A DNA stretch of 43,774 nucleotides from an uncultured Cypionkella sp. (GTDB lineage: Bacteria > Pseudomonadota > Alphaproteobacteria > Rhodobacterales > Rhodobacteraceae), in the NCBI GenBank assembly GCA_964497815.1, contig CAZCFC010000001.1, positions 1 through 43,774 of the forward strand. Reading direction: 5' to 3'. The position numbers were made by a program, and so were the translations under genes. Below, piece after piece: positions 20,211-30,010 of the stretch (the first letter of the stretch is position 1; the number at the start of each line of letters is the position of its first letter). The notes beneath the pieces were generated by a model that saw nothing but the letters and a program-made list of their open reading frames with translations, searched no databases and was not told the origin of the DNA.

Positions 20211-21164
20211 TTACTCCTGTTTCAAAGGTCGGGACAGCAGAGCAGAAATCGCCTGCGGCAGGGTGATCTGTTGGTCGATCAGCGCGGCAATCATCCGGGT
20301 GATCGGCATATCAATATTCAACTTTTGGGCCATGTCAGACACGGCTTTCGCCGTCGCCGCGCCTTCGACGGTGACAGACGGATCAAACCGCTGACCCGCC
20401 CCCATCGCCTGCCCATAGCGGAAGTTGCGCGATTGCGCCGAGGTGCAGGTCAGCACCAGATCCCCAAATCCCGACAGCCCCGCCAGCGTTTCCGCGCGCG
20501 CGCCCAAGCCCAGGGCAAGCCGCGTCATCTCGGCATAACCGCGCGTCATCAACGCAGCGCGGGCCGAATCTCCAAGTCCTGCGCCGATCACAATCCCGGC
20601 CGCAATGGCGATCACATTCTTCAAAGCACCGCCCAATTCGGCCCCCGTCACGTCGTCGGTGCGATACAGCCGCAGCGTGGGCGTGGACAGCAGATGCTGC
20701 AATGTCTCTGCATCTGCCCCCGCAAGTGTCAGCGCCGTCGGCATCCCGCGGGCAATATCGGCCGCAAAACTGGGACCGGTCAGAATAGCAAAGGCTGACC
20801 GCGGGCAGGCTGCCGCGATCAGGGCTGTCGGTCCTTTCAGTGTGACCAGATCCACGCCCTTGCAGCAGGCCACCAAGGGCAAACCGTCCAATGTTGCCGC
20901 TTGGGCGTCCAGAAAACCCCGCAAGGCCTGCATGGGCAGTGACAACAGCACGGCCTTGGCCGGCGCAAGATCGCTGATTTCCGCCGTCACAGAGACGTCT
21001 TTTGGCAATTCAACCCCCGGCAAGCGCGCGTCATTTGCCCGTGTCTGCACCATCTCATCGACATGTGCTGTGTCCCGCGCCCACAGTCTGACTTTTCGTC
21101 CTTCACGTCCCAAGGCCACCGCCAAAGCCGTGCCGAACGCCCCGGCGCCCACCACGCCAATCAT
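20211..21164 (-). CDS. gpsA: NAD(P)H-dependent glycerol-3-phosphate dehydrogenase
   Basis: [44 protein letters not shown]. Confidence 0.96.
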   Translation of the reverse strand: MIGVVGAGAFGTALAVALGREGRKVRLWARDTAHVDEMVQTRANDARLPGVELPKDVSVTAEISDLAPAKAVLLSLPMQALRGFLDAQAATLDGLPLVACCKGVDLVTLKGPTALIAAACPRSAFAILTGPSFAADIARGMPTALTLAGADAETLQHLLSTPTLRLYRTDDVTGAELGGALKNVIAIAAGIVIGAGLGDSARAALMTRGYAEMTRLALGLGARAETLAGLSGFGDLVLTCTSAQSRNFRYGQAMGAGQRFDPSVTVEGAATAKAVSDMAQKLNIDMPITRMIAALIDQQITLPQAISALLSRPLKQE

Positions 21165-22258
21165 GCCTTGGCCCCCTTTTTGCCTGATCCGATCATTGGC
21201 GCCGCCGTTGCATCCAGGGGCCAGCGCGGGCGGGCGATCAGGCTCATGTCATCCACCGCCCCAGCGCGGAACCGCTCCAACCCGGCCCAGGCGATCATTG
21301 CGGCATTGTCGGTGCAAAGCCGCAGCGGAGGGGCCAGAAACCGCACGTCCATCTTGGTGCAAACTGTCTCTAACGCTGCCCGAATGGCCGTATTCGCGGC
21401 AACGCCGCCCGCGACCGCCAATGCCGGAACCGCAGGCGATTCCTCAAGATACAATGCCAATGCGCGGCGGGTTTTCTCGGCCAACACTTCGGCGACAACG
21501 CGCTGAAACCCCGCACAAAGGTCGCGCCGATCCTGCACATACAGCCCGCCCTGCGCCCCGATCAGTGCATCGCGCGCCCGCAGCAGTGCAGTTTTCAGGC
21601 CAGAGAAGGACATATCGCAGCCCGGTCTGTCCAACAGCGGCCTGGGAAACTGGAACCGCTTTGCATTCCCAAACGCGGCCTCTGCCTGCACCGCAGGCCC
21701 GCCCGGTTGCGCAAGGCCCAGCAGCTTGGCGGTCTTGTCAAACGCTTCGCCCGGCGCGTCGTCGATGGTGCCGCCCAGCCGTTGAAACTCATCTGGCCCG
21801 CGCGCGATCAGAAACTGACAATGCCCACCCGACACCAGCAACATCAGATAGGGAAATTCCAGTTGATCTGTCAGGCGCGGCGTCAAGGCGTGCCCTGCCA
21901 GATGATTCACCCCGACCATTGGCAATCCGGTCGCCAGCGCCAGCCCTTTGGCCAGCATCACCCCCGACAGCACTCCACCGATCAGGCCCGGCCCCGCCGT
22001 CACCGCGATACCGTCCAGCGCATGCAGCCCAAGCCCGGCCTGCGCCAAAGCCTGTTCAACGCAGTGATCCAGCCGTTCGGCATGCGCCCGCGCCGCAATC
22101 TCGGGTACAACGCCACCAAAATCGGCATGCAGCGCCACCTGTCCCTCGACAACCGAGGACAGGATTTCGGGCGCAGACCCGGGCCTGTGCCGCACCACCG
22201 CCGCTGCCGTATCGTCGCAGCTGGATTCGATGCCAAGAAAGGTCAGCTCTTCTGTCAT
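21161..22258 (-). CDS. tsaD: tRNA N6-threonylcarbamoyltransferase TsaD
   Basis: [59 protein letters not shown]. Confidence 0.97.
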   Translation of the reverse strand: MTEELTFLGIESSCDDTAAAVVRHRPGSAPEILSSVVEGQVALHADFGGVVPEIAARAHAERLDHCVEQALAQAGLGLHALDGIAVTAGPGLIGGVLSGVMLAKGLALATGLPMVGVNHLAGHALTPRLTDQLEFPYLMLLVSGGHCQFLIARGPDEFQRLGGTIDDAPGEAFDKTAKLLGLAQPGGPAVQAEAAFGNAKRFQFPRPLLDRPGCDMSFSGLKTALLRARDALIGAQGGLYVQDRRDLCAGFQRVVAEVLAEKTRRALALYLEESPAVPALAVAGGVAANTAIRAALETVCTKMDVRFLAPPLRLCTDNAAMIAWAGLERFRAGAVDDMSLIARPRWPLDATAAPMIGSGKKGAKA

Positions 22259-22303
22259 GGTCCGCCGTTGCCTGAACGCCCCTTCGCAGGTAACACCAAG
22301 GAC

Positions 22304-23044
22304 ATGCCCAGACAATCCCGCGCCCCCACGATCCTTCTGACGCGCCCCTTGCTGCAAAGCCAGCGCTTTGCGGCCCAGGTGCGGGCGCGCTGGCCGGATC
22401 TGGCTGTTGTGATCTCACCCCTGATGGCACCCGAATTCTTCGTGCCCACCCCGCCGCAGCGTGATTTCGCCGCAGTGATCCTGACCTCTGAGACCGGGGC
22501 CGAGGCCGCACGGCGGATTTCCGCCGCAGGTCACAGCCTGCCACCTTGTGCCTACTGTGTCGGGAAGCGCACGGCACAGGCCGCGACGGCTGCGGGGTTT
22601 CAGGTGTTGTCGGTGGGCAGTGACGCCGATGCACTGCTGGCGCTGATATTGCGGGATCGACCGCGCGGCCCGCTGTTGTTTCTGCGCGGCCAAGACACCA
22701 CTGGCAGTCTTGCAGAGCGCCTTACTTGCGCCGGAACAGAGACTGTTTCGGCCATCACGTACAGGCAAACCCAGCAACCGCTGACGGCCCAGGCCAACGG
22801 CCTTCTGATGCAATCCGCGCCCGTGATCGTGCCGCTGTTTTCCCCAAGGTCGGCCCGCCTTTTCATCTTGCAGCGGTCTTTCGGTGCTTTTGCGGCCCGG
22901 CTTTGGCTGGCGGCTTTTAGCCCTGCGGTGGCGCAGGTTGCCGCCGAACTTGGGCCTGATCGCCTGCAGGTTGCGGCCACTCCGGACGCCGCCGCGATGC
23001 TGAATGCGATATCCGCACTGATCGACGGCGGGATCGGTTCTTGA
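22304..23044 (+). CDS. hemD: Uroporphyrinogen-III synthase
   Basis: [25 protein letters not shown]; AAGGA RBS; precedes COG4223-hemY. Confidence 0.88.
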   Translation: MPRQSRAPTILLTRPLLQSQRFAAQVRARWPDLAVVISPLMAPEFFVPTPPQRDFAAVILTSETGAEAARRISAAGHSLPPCAYCVGKRTAQAATAAGFQVLSVGSDADALLALILRDRPRGPLLFLRGQDTTGSLAERLTCAGTETVSAITYRQTQQPLTAQANGLLMQSAPVIVPLFSPRSARLFILQRSFGAFAARLWLAAFSPAVAQVAAELGPDRLQVAATPDAAAMLNAISALIDGGIGS

Positions 23045-23114
23045 ACCCTGAGGGGGCAAAGCATTACCTTGATAGGGCCGGACGTTTTCCGGACGCAAAG
23101 ATGTGAGGTCGGCT

Positions 23115-24203
23115 ATGGCAGACGCGGACAAATCCGAAGGCGACACCCCCGACCCCATGGCCGCATTGCAACCGCAACCGCCAGCCGAGCCGGTTCCGAT
23201 ACCGGAACCCGCTAGCCGTTCAGGCGCGCCGCGCCGTGGCGGCTTTGTCGGCGGCCTGCTGGGCGGCGTGATTGCGGCGGGTGCTGGATTTGGCGTGGCG
23301 CAGTATGTGCCCAATGGTTGGCCTCTGGCGGATACCACAGCATTGACCGCCCAGATGGACAGGCAGGCACAGCAGATCGAGGCATTGACGGCGCAAATTG
23401 CCGCGCCTGACACGGCCCTGCAAGACCGTGTCGCCGCATTGGAGGCCAAGACTGCGCCCGACCTTTCGCCATTTGACACCCGGCTTGTTGCGTTGGAACA
23501 GCGGCTGACGGCGATAGAGGCGATGCCGATGGGGGATGGCGCGTCGCCTGCGGCCATGGCCGCCCAGGATGCGGCGCTGAAGACGTTGCAGGCCGAGGTT
23601 CTGGCGCTGAAGACTGCAGCCACCCCGGCTGCGGTGCAGGCGATCACGGCCAAGGCCGAGCAACAGTTGCAGCAGGCCGAAGCGGCTGCCGCACAGATCA
23701 AGGCCGATGCCGAGGCGATGGCCAAGACGGCCGAAACCCGCACCGCCCTTGGCCGCTTGCGGGCCGCGTTGGACAGCGGCGCGCCCTATGCCGCCATTTT
23801 GCCCGCGCTGCCTGACATGCCCGCCGTTCTGTCTGCCCATGCTGAAACCGGCCTGCCCACCTTGGCCGGCCTGCAAGACAGCTTTCCGGCCGCCGCGCGC
23901 GCCGCACTGGAGGCTGCCCTTCGTGCGAATATGGGTGAAAGCTGGTCCCAGCGCGTTACCAGCTTTCTGCGCAGCCAAACCGGTGCGCGGTCACTTGAAC
24001 CGCGAGAGGGCACCGATCCCGATGCGATCCTGTCGCGCGCCGAGGCGGCTGTTGCCGTGGGCGATCTGACGGCCGCGCTGACCGAAATCACTGCGCTGCC
24101 AGCCGAAGCGCAGCCTGCACTGGCCGATTGGCGCGCCATGGCGGAACAGCGGTTGGCCGCCGTACAGGCCGTGGCCGATCTTGCCACTCATATTGGGGAA
24201 TAG
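23115..24203 (+). CDS. COG4223 / mitofilin (alphaproteobacterial Mic60) membrane protein
   Basis: Pro-rich N-terminus, TM GGLLGGVIAAGAGFG, long Ala-rich coiled coil, C-terminal GARSLEPREG.DPDAILSRAEAA..GDL..AL.E..ALP..W domain; hemD-COG4223-hemY synteny. Confidence 0.85.
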   Translation: MADADKSEGDTPDPMAALQPQPPAEPVPIPEPASRSGAPRRGGFVGGLLGGVIAAGAGFGVAQYVPNGWPLADTTALTAQMDRQAQQIEALTAQIAAPDTALQDRVAALEAKTAPDLSPFDTRLVALEQRLTAIEAMPMGDGASPAAMAAQDAALKTLQAEVLALKTAATPAAVQAITAKAEQQLQQAEAAAAQIKADAEAMAKTAETRTALGRLRAALDSGAPYAAILPALPDMPAVLSAHAETGLPTLAGLQDSFPAAARAALEAALRANMGESWSQRVTSFLRSQTGARSLEPREGTDPDAILSRAEAAVAVGDLTAALTEITALPAEAQPALADWRAMAEQRLAAVQAVADLATHIGE

Positions 24204-24208
24204 CGCAG

Positions 24209-25666
24209 ATGATCTGGTCTTTGGTCAAAGTACTGCTGTTCATTGCCGTCATTGCGGGGCTGACCTTTGGGGCTGACCGCTTGTTGCACGCCGAGGACGG
24301 CATTCGGATTGCCGCCGGGGGCTGGGAGTTCACGCTTGGTCCATTGCAGACGGTGATCCTGCTGCTGCTGGCCATAGTGGTGGTCTGGGTGCTGATGCGG
24401 ATCGTCGGCTTGATTGTTGCCGTTCTGCGCTTTCTCAACGGGGATGAAACCGCGATTTCCCGCTATTTTGACCGCAATCGCGAACGCAAAGGCTATCAGG
24501 CGCTGAATGACGGGCTTTTGGCCCTGGCAGCGGGCGAAGGGCGGCTTGCCCTGATGCGCGCCCAGCGGGCCGAGAAGTTTCTGGCCAAGCCTGAACTGAC
24601 CACGCTGCTGATGGCCCAAGCCGCCGAGGCCGCAGGCGATGGCAAGCGCGCGACCGAAGCTTACAAGGCGCTGCTTGCCGACGAGACCACCCGCTTTATC
24701 GGCGTGCGGGGACTGCTGAAGCAAAAGTTGGCCGAGGGCGATACCGACACTGCGCTGAAGCTGGCCGAAAAGGCGTTTGCGTTGAAGCCGAAGCATGCCG
24801 AAACGCAGGACATCCTGCTGAAACTTCAGTCCGAGAAATCGGATTGGGCGGGTGCCCGCACGACATTGGGCGCAAAGTTGAAAGGTGGCACGCTGCCCAA
24901 AGATGTCTATCGCCGCCGCGATGCCGTGTTGGCCCTGCAAGAGGCGCGTGGCGTGATGGACGAGGCTGCAACCATCGAACAGCGCGAGGCGGCGATAGAG
25001 GCAAACAAACTGTCGCCCGATCTGATACCCGCTGCCGTGATGGCTGCGCGGGGGTTGATCGACAAAGGCGACAAGAAATCCGCAACCCGTGTGCTGAAAA
25101 AGGCATGGGAGGCCCGGGCGCATCCCGAACTTGCCGCCGCCTTTGCCGAGATTGAGCCGGATGAAACCCCGCAAGCCCGTCTGAAACGCTTTCGCTTGCT
25201 GACGTCGCTGCACCCCGACCACGACGAAACCCGCCTGCTGTTGGCCGAGCTGAACATCGCCGGCGAAGATTTCCCCGAGGCGCGGCGGTCTTTGGGCGAT
25301 ATGGTCGATCGGCACCCCACGCAGCGCGCCCTTGCCATCATGGCCGCCATTGAACGTGGCGAAGGCAGCGATGATGCCGTGGTGCGCGGCTGGATGGCGC
25401 GGGCATTGACCGCACCGCGCGGGCCGCAGTGGTGCTGCGACAAATGTCAGGCGATTCATGCCTTGTGGGGGCCGATTTGTGAAAACTGCGGTGGCTTTGA
25501 CACGCTAAGTTGGCGCGAACCGGTGGAATCCATCGGACCAAGCGCCACAGCTTCGGAATTGTTGCCGCTTGTTGTCAACGCGCCGATCCACGCCGCCCCC
25601 GCCGCGCCGAAAAAAGCCGAGCCGGAAATCATTGATCTTGCCGCCGTTGCGCGCAGCGCCAATTAG
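24209..25666 (+). CDS. hemY: HemY_N/TPR membrane protein ('heme biosynthesis protein HemY') with C-terminal Cys4 motif
   Basis: Two N-terminal TM helices, NGDETAISRYF, TPR-like helical repeats, WCCDKC-x10-CENC. Confidence 0.88.
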   Translation: MIWSLVKVLLFIAVIAGLTFGADRLLHAEDGIRIAAGGWEFTLGPLQTVILLLLAIVVVWVLMRIVGLIVAVLRFLNGDETAISRYFDRNRERKGYQALNDGLLALAAGEGRLALMRAQRAEKFLAKPELTTLLMAQAAEAAGDGKRATEAYKALLADETTRFIGVRGLLKQKLAEGDTDTALKLAEKAFALKPKHAETQDILLKLQSEKSDWAGARTTLGAKLKGGTLPKDVYRRRDAVLALQEARGVMDEAATIEQREAAIEANKLSPDLIPAAVMAARGLIDKGDKKSATRVLKKAWEARAHPELAAAFAEIEPDETPQARLKRFRLLTSLHPDHDETRLLLAELNIAGEDFPEARRSLGDMVDRHPTQRALAIMAAIERGEGSDDAVVRGWMARALTAPRGPQWCCDKCQAIHALWGPICENCGGFDTLSWREPVESIGPSATASELLPLVVNAPIHAAPAAPKKAEPEIIDLAAVARSAN

Positions 25667-25802
25667 GTGGCCGTGCGCAATTCTGGCTGGTGCGGATGTG
25701 TCACTGCGACGGGCGCAGCAATGCAACGTGTCTTTGGCAGAATTCTTGATGGTTCATGAAAACATTTCATGGGGGCCACACCCTTCGGGCAGTGTGACGG
25801 CG

Positions 25803-25875
25803 TGCTCCAGGAGGGACTCGAACCCCCGACCCCTTCATTACGAATGAAGTGCGCTACCAGCTGTGCCACTGGAGC
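25803..25875 (-). tRNA. tRNA-Thr(CGT), CCA not encoded
   Basis: GCTCCAG TG GCAC AGCTGGTA GCGC A CTTCA TT CGT AA TGAAG GGGTC GGGGG TTCGAGT CCCTC CTGGAGC A folds as a 73-nt cloverleaf. Confidence 0.95.
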
Positions 25876-25887
25876 TACGCGGTTTTG

Positions 25888-25916
25888 CGTTTAAACGACG
25901 GTGGCGCGGGCATCAA
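25888..25916 (-). promoter_or_regulatory. Putative promoter of tRNA-Thr
   Basis: Minus strand TTGATG-N17-TAAACG, 12 nt upstream of the tRNA 5' end. Confidence 0.5.
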
Positions 25917-26168
25917 GTGCGATTCCGCCAAACTTCGATCAGATTGTTGCCTTAGCCCGATTTGATCTTCTTCGGGTGGGAAAGATGGCGCAGAACCTGC
26001 GCCTAAAGTCGGGATTTTCGTCAAGGTACTGGATCGGGTCGAATGGGACACAAACCCAAAAGGCCCATGCCTTTGGCGCGGTGGCGCGCAACAGTCCCCG
26101 CGCCACCGAAACTTGCGGGCAAGGCAGCGCTTGGCCCGCGCTGCCTGCCATCACCAGTCCTGCCTTTT

Positions 26169-27575
26169 TCAGATGCCGTGGCCAACCCATGGCCCATGTT
26201 TGTCATCCAGCCCATCCACACGTTCAAACCCATGCGCACCAAAGAAATCACGTTGGGCCTGAATCATGTTGGCGGTCGATCGTCCCGTGCGCATCATGTC
26301 AAACCAGGCCAGACCCGAGGCCAGGGCGGGCAGTGGCAACCCGCTGAGCGCCCCAGCTGCAACCACCTGACGCAGGGCAGTATGGCTGGCTTTCAGGTGA
26401 TCCGCGAAGAACGGTGCCAGCATCAGATTGCGCGCCGGATCTTCGGTCAGCGCTGTGGCCATATCGTTCAGCATGCTGGACCGGATGATGCAGCCTTCGC
26501 GCCAGACCCGCGCGATTTCCGGCAGCGGCATCGGCCAGTCAAAGGCCTTTGACGCCGCCGAGATCAGCGCAAAGCCCTGCGCATAGCACAGGATTTTCCC
26601 GGCGATCATCGCCTGTTCTAACTGCGCCAAGGTCACGTTGGCAGCCGAGGGGGCCGCGCCAAACACCGCTTGCCCGGCCAGACGCTCTTCCAGCCGCGAC
26701 GACAGGTTGCGGGCCATCACGGCGGCCTCGATCGCGGGGATGGTGGCGGCCAGGTGCTGTGCCTCGATCACGGTCCAGCGTCCGGTGCCCTTCTGCCCTG
26801 CGCGGTCCAGAATCATGTCCAGCATCGGCTTGCCCGAGTGGGTATCGGTGGCGGCTGCGACTTCGCCCGAGATTTCAATCAGATACGATTGCAGCGGACC
26901 CTGATTCCACTCTTTCAGCGTGGTCGCGATTTGTGCTGCGGTCATGCCCAGACCGTCACGCATCACGCCGTAAACTTCGGCAATCATCTGCATGTCGGCG
27001 TATTCGATGCCGTTGTGTACGGCCTTGACGAAATGCCCCGCCCCCGCCGGCCCCATGAAATCGGCGCAGGGCTGGCCCTGATACTTGGCGGCAATGGCGT
27101 TCAGAACCGGGGCCACGCGGTCCCAATCGGCCCGCAGTCCACCGCCCATGATGGCTGGGCCGTGCCGCGCGCCCTCTTCGCCGCCCGACACGCCAATGCC
27201 CATAAAGCGTGGGCCTTGTACGGCGGCCTCGGCCGAACGGCGGTTGGTGTCGTGAAACAGCGCGTTGCCCGCGTCGATGATCAGATCATCGGCGGCCAGC
27301 AACGGCCGCAGCGCCGCAATCTGATCATCAACCGCCTGCCCCGCTGGAACCATCAGAATGATCGCGCGGGGTGGTTTGATGGCGGCCACAAGTTCGGCCA
27401 AAGTCTCGGTCGGGGTGATCATTGCGGCCAATGTGCCGGCCTCGGCCTTGAAGGCATGCGTGACCGCAGTTGTGCGGTTCCAGACGGCAATCGGAAAGCC
27501 TTTTTCCGCTATGTTCAGGGCAAGCATCGCCCCCATGGTGCCAAGGCCGATCAGGCCGATGGATGCGGTGGTCAT
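26169..27575 (-). CDS. gnd: NADP-dependent 6-phosphogluconate dehydrogenase (decarboxylating)
   Basis: IGLGTMG, WNRT, IIDAGN, GVSGGEEGA, GHFVKAVHNGIEYADMQ, QKGTGRWT, WREGCIIRS, QAQRDFFGAH. Confidence 0.97.
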   Translation of the reverse strand: MTTASIGLIGLGTMGAMLALNIAEKGFPIAVWNRTTAVTHAFKAEAGTLAAMITPTETLAELVAAIKPPRAIILMVPAGQAVDDQIAALRPLLAADDLIIDAGNALFHDTNRRSAEAAVQGPRFMGIGVSGGEEGARHGPAIMGGGLRADWDRVAPVLNAIAAKYQGQPCADFMGPAGAGHFVKAVHNGIEYADMQMIAEVYGVMRDGLGMTAAQIATTLKEWNQGPLQSYLIEISGEVAAATDTHSGKPMLDMILDRAGQKGTGRWTVIEAQHLAATIPAIEAAVMARNLSSRLEERLAGQAVFGAAPSAANVTLAQLEQAMIAGKILCYAQGFALISAASKAFDWPMPLPEIARVWREGCIIRSSMLNDMATALTEDPARNLMLAPFFADHLKASHTALRQVVAAGALSGLPLPALASGLAWFDMMRTGRSTANMIQAQRDFFGAHGFERVDGLDDKHGPWVGHGI

Positions 27576-28465
27576 GGTCTTTGTACTCCGACGCGGTTCA
27601 GGGCAATAGCGTAAAGGCTGGTGGTGGCGGTGATGTAAAGCTGATGTTTGGCCCGCCCGCCAAAACAGATGTTCGACACGGTTTCCGGCACAAGGATCTT
27701 GCCCATCAGATGGCCGTCAGGCGCAATGCAATGCACCCCGTCGCCTGCCGATGACCACAGATTGCCGTCGCTGTCGCAGCGGATGCCATCGGCGCAACCG
27801 GGGGAGACGACATGAAACACCTCGCCGCCCGTCGGACGCCCCAAGGTCATGGCAAAGCGGCGGATGTGTTGCGGATCGCCTTGGTACATGCGCCCGGTGT
27901 CGGCCACATAAAGCGTCTGCTCATCCGGGCTGAAGGCCAATCCATTCGGGCAGTTGAAATCTGTAAGCACCGCCTTGATGCTGCCGTCAGGGTCAACGCG
28001 GTAGACGTGACAAGGCAGTTCCTGTTCCGCAGCAAAGCCTTCGTAGTTCGAACCGATGCCGTAATGCGGATCGGTGAACCAGATAGAGCCATCCGAATGT
28101 ACCACCACATCATTGGGTGAATTCAAAGGTTTGCCGGCATAGCGATCAGCAATCACCGTGATGCTGCCATCATATTCCGTGCGTGTCACCCGACGCGTCC
28201 CGTGTTCGCACGACACAAGCCGCCCCTGACGGTCGCGGGTGTGGCCGTTGGCATGGTTCGAAGGCGCGCGATATGTCGAAATGCCGTGGCCGGGTGTATA
28301 GCGCAGGATGCGGTTGTTCGGGATGTCGGAAAACAGCAAACAGCCCGCATCTCCGAACCAGACCGGGCCTTCCACCCAATCGAAACCGGTGGCAAGCTGC
28401 TTGACGGGTGCATTGCCCATGACATAGCGGTCGAAATCAGGATCGTGGCTTTCGAAGAACGACAT
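27572..28465 (-). CDS. SMP-30/gluconolactonase family lactonase
   Basis: WVEGPVW, FSDIPN, LNSPNDV, FTDP, PNGLAFSPD, ADGIRCD; 4-nt overlap with gnd. Confidence 0.93.
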   Translation of the reverse strand: MSFFESHDPDFDRYVMGNAPVKQLATGFDWVEGPVWFGDAGCLLFSDIPNNRILRYTPGHGISTYRAPSNHANGHTRDRQGRLVSCEHGTRRVTRTEYDGSITVIADRYAGKPLNSPNDVVVHSDGSIWFTDPHYGIGSNYEGFAAEQELPCHVYRVDPDGSIKAVLTDFNCPNGLAFSPDEQTLYVADTGRMYQGDPQHIRRFAMTLGRPTGGEVFHVVSPGCADGIRCDSDGNLWSSAGDGVHCIAPDGHLMGKILVPETVSNICFGGRAKHQLYITATTSLYAIALNRVGVQRP

Positions 28466-28494
28466 GACTGGCGCGGCCTTCCTTTTTTCCGTTG

Positions 28495-28508
28495 TGGTAG
28501 CGTTAACA
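28495..28508. promoter_or_regulatory. LacI/GntR-type operator 1 (between lactonase and glcG-like gene)
   Basis: TGGTAGCGTTAACA pseudo-palindrome inside a minus-strand TTGACG-N17-TACCAC promoter (28494-28522). Confidence 0.7.
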
Positions 28509-28537
28509 ACTTCCACCGTCAAACCCAAAGGTATCCC

Positions 28538-28957
28538 ATGGCATACACCCATGCTACGCAAAATCTGACCGACGAGGCCGTTCTTGTCTTGCTGTCGGCG
28601 GCACAGAAGAAGGCCACCGAAATGGGCCAGCCCCAGTGCATTGTCGTCACCGACACCAGCGCGGTGGTGCTGGGCGTGTTGCGCATGGTGGGCAGCCGGG
28701 TGTTGTCGATGAAATCGGCCACGGCCAAGGCGCAAACGGCGGCCTCGACCGGAAATCCCAGCGGCGCTTTGCCCGAGGCGGTGCGGGTCACGATTGCGGT
28801 GGCGACCGAAGGCACGATGACCGGGCTTCCGGGTGGCTTGCCGATCCGGTTTGGCGGTGTGTTGGTCGGCGGTATCGGCATTGGGTCGGGCAGCGGGGCG
28901 CAGGATGAAGAAGTGGCGCGCGCCGCCCTAGCAGCCATTGGCGCGGATGCCGTGTGA
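28538..28957 (+). CDS. GlcG/HbpS family protein
   Basis: IVVTD..LRM.G..S...A.AKA.TA, GGLPI..G.LVGGIG...G...QDEEVA. Confidence 0.85.
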   Translation: MAYTHATQNLTDEAVLVLLSAAQKKATEMGQPQCIVVTDTSAVVLGVLRMVGSRVLSMKSATAKAQTAASTGNPSGALPEAVRVTIAVATEGTMTGLPGGLPIRFGGVLVGGIGIGSGSGAQDEEVARAALAAIGADAV

Positions 28958-28995
28958 TGCGTCTGGCCAAAGACACAGCGGCCAGACGTTCTTGA

Positions 28996-29934
28996 TCAGA
29001 TAACCGGGGTCAGCAGGGGCTGGCCCGCGAAATGTGCTGTCAGATTGGCGCGCATCAGTTGCCCCATCGCCTGTCGCGTTTCATAGGTGCCCGACGCGTG
29101 ATGGGGCTGCAACACCACATTTTCAAGCGCCAAAAAGCGTGGATTCAGGTTCGGCTCGCCCTCGAACACATCCAGAGCGGCACCGCCCAGACGGCCTGAC
29201 TCCAACGCGTTCAGAAGCGCTGTTTCGTCAATATTTCCGGCGCGCGAAATGTTGATAAGTGCGCCCTGCGGCCCCAGTGCTGCCAATACAGCGGCGTTCA
29301 CCACGTGTCGGGTTTCCGCAGTTGCACTTGCGGTGACGAACAGAAAATCCGACCGCGCCGCCAAGGCCACGGGGTCCGGGATGAAGTCATGCGGCACCGG
29401 CTTGGCGCTGCGCGCGGAATAGGCGATCTGCATACCAAAGCCCTGCAGTCGCGTGGCAACCTCGGCTCCGATCCGGCCCATGCCCAGAATGCCTGCACGC
29501 TTGCCCCAGGCGCGCCGTTGCAGTGGAAATCCCTGCCTTGACCACGTGCCGTCGCGCACCCAAGCCTCTGCCTGCACCAGATTGCGGGTCAAAGCCAGCA
29601 TCATGGCAACCGCAAGATCGGCGCAATCGCCATCCAGAACGCCGGGCGTGTTGGTCACGGCAATCCCCCGAGCGCGGCATTGCGCCAGATCCACCGCGTC
29701 ATAACCGACGCCATAAACCGCCACTATCTTCAGGTTTGGGCAGGCCGCAATCATCGACGTCGGCGCGCCCAAATCGCCACGCGTGGCGATGGCCTGCACC
29801 CCTGGACCCACCTGTGCCAGAAACGCCGCCGGGTCTGCGGCCTCAAAGTAGCGATGCACATTGTAGGCGGCCTCCAGCGGCATCTGATCCCATTCGGGAT
29901 AGCTGCCAACCTGCAAGATGTGGGGTTTGGTCAT
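28996..29934 (-). CDS. D-2-hydroxyacid dehydrogenase (2-ketogluconate/hydroxypyruvate reductase-like)
   Basis: GVGYD, VTNTPGVL, GILGMGRIG, INISRAG, ALDVFEGEP, QPHHAS. Confidence 0.92.
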   Translation of the reverse strand: MTKPHILQVGSYPEWDQMPLEAAYNVHRYFEAADPAAFLAQVGPGVQAIATRGDLGAPTSMIAACPNLKIVAVYGVGYDAVDLAQCRARGIAVTNTPGVLDGDCADLAVAMMLALTRNLVQAEAWVRDGTWSRQGFPLQRRAWGKRAGILGMGRIGAEVATRLQGFGMQIAYSARSAKPVPHDFIPDPVALAARSDFLFVTASATAETRHVVNAAVLAALGPQGALINISRAGNIDETALLNALESGRLGGAALDVFEGEPNLNPRFLALENVVLQPHHASGTYETRQAMGQLMRANLTAHFAGQPLLTPVI

Positions 29935-29959
29935 GGTCGCCTCATGGGTTGACAGCAAA

Positions 29960-29973
29960 TGTTAACGATAACA
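29960..29973. promoter_or_regulatory. LacI/GntR-type operator 2 (between the 2-hydroxyacid dehydrogenase and idnO-gntK-gntR)
   Basis: TGTTAACGATAACA (flanked by A and T), close to the gluconate-repressor consensus TGTTACCGGTAACA; lies in the spacer after TTGACA at 29949-29954. Confidence 0.8.
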
Positions 29974-30010
29974 TACCCAAGCGGGCGGGTGCTTGTCGAG
30001 GAGAAAGCCA

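Noticed and set aside
25663-25869. 68 aa minus-strand ORF
   Set aside because: Begins inside the tRNA-Thr gene; translation artefact
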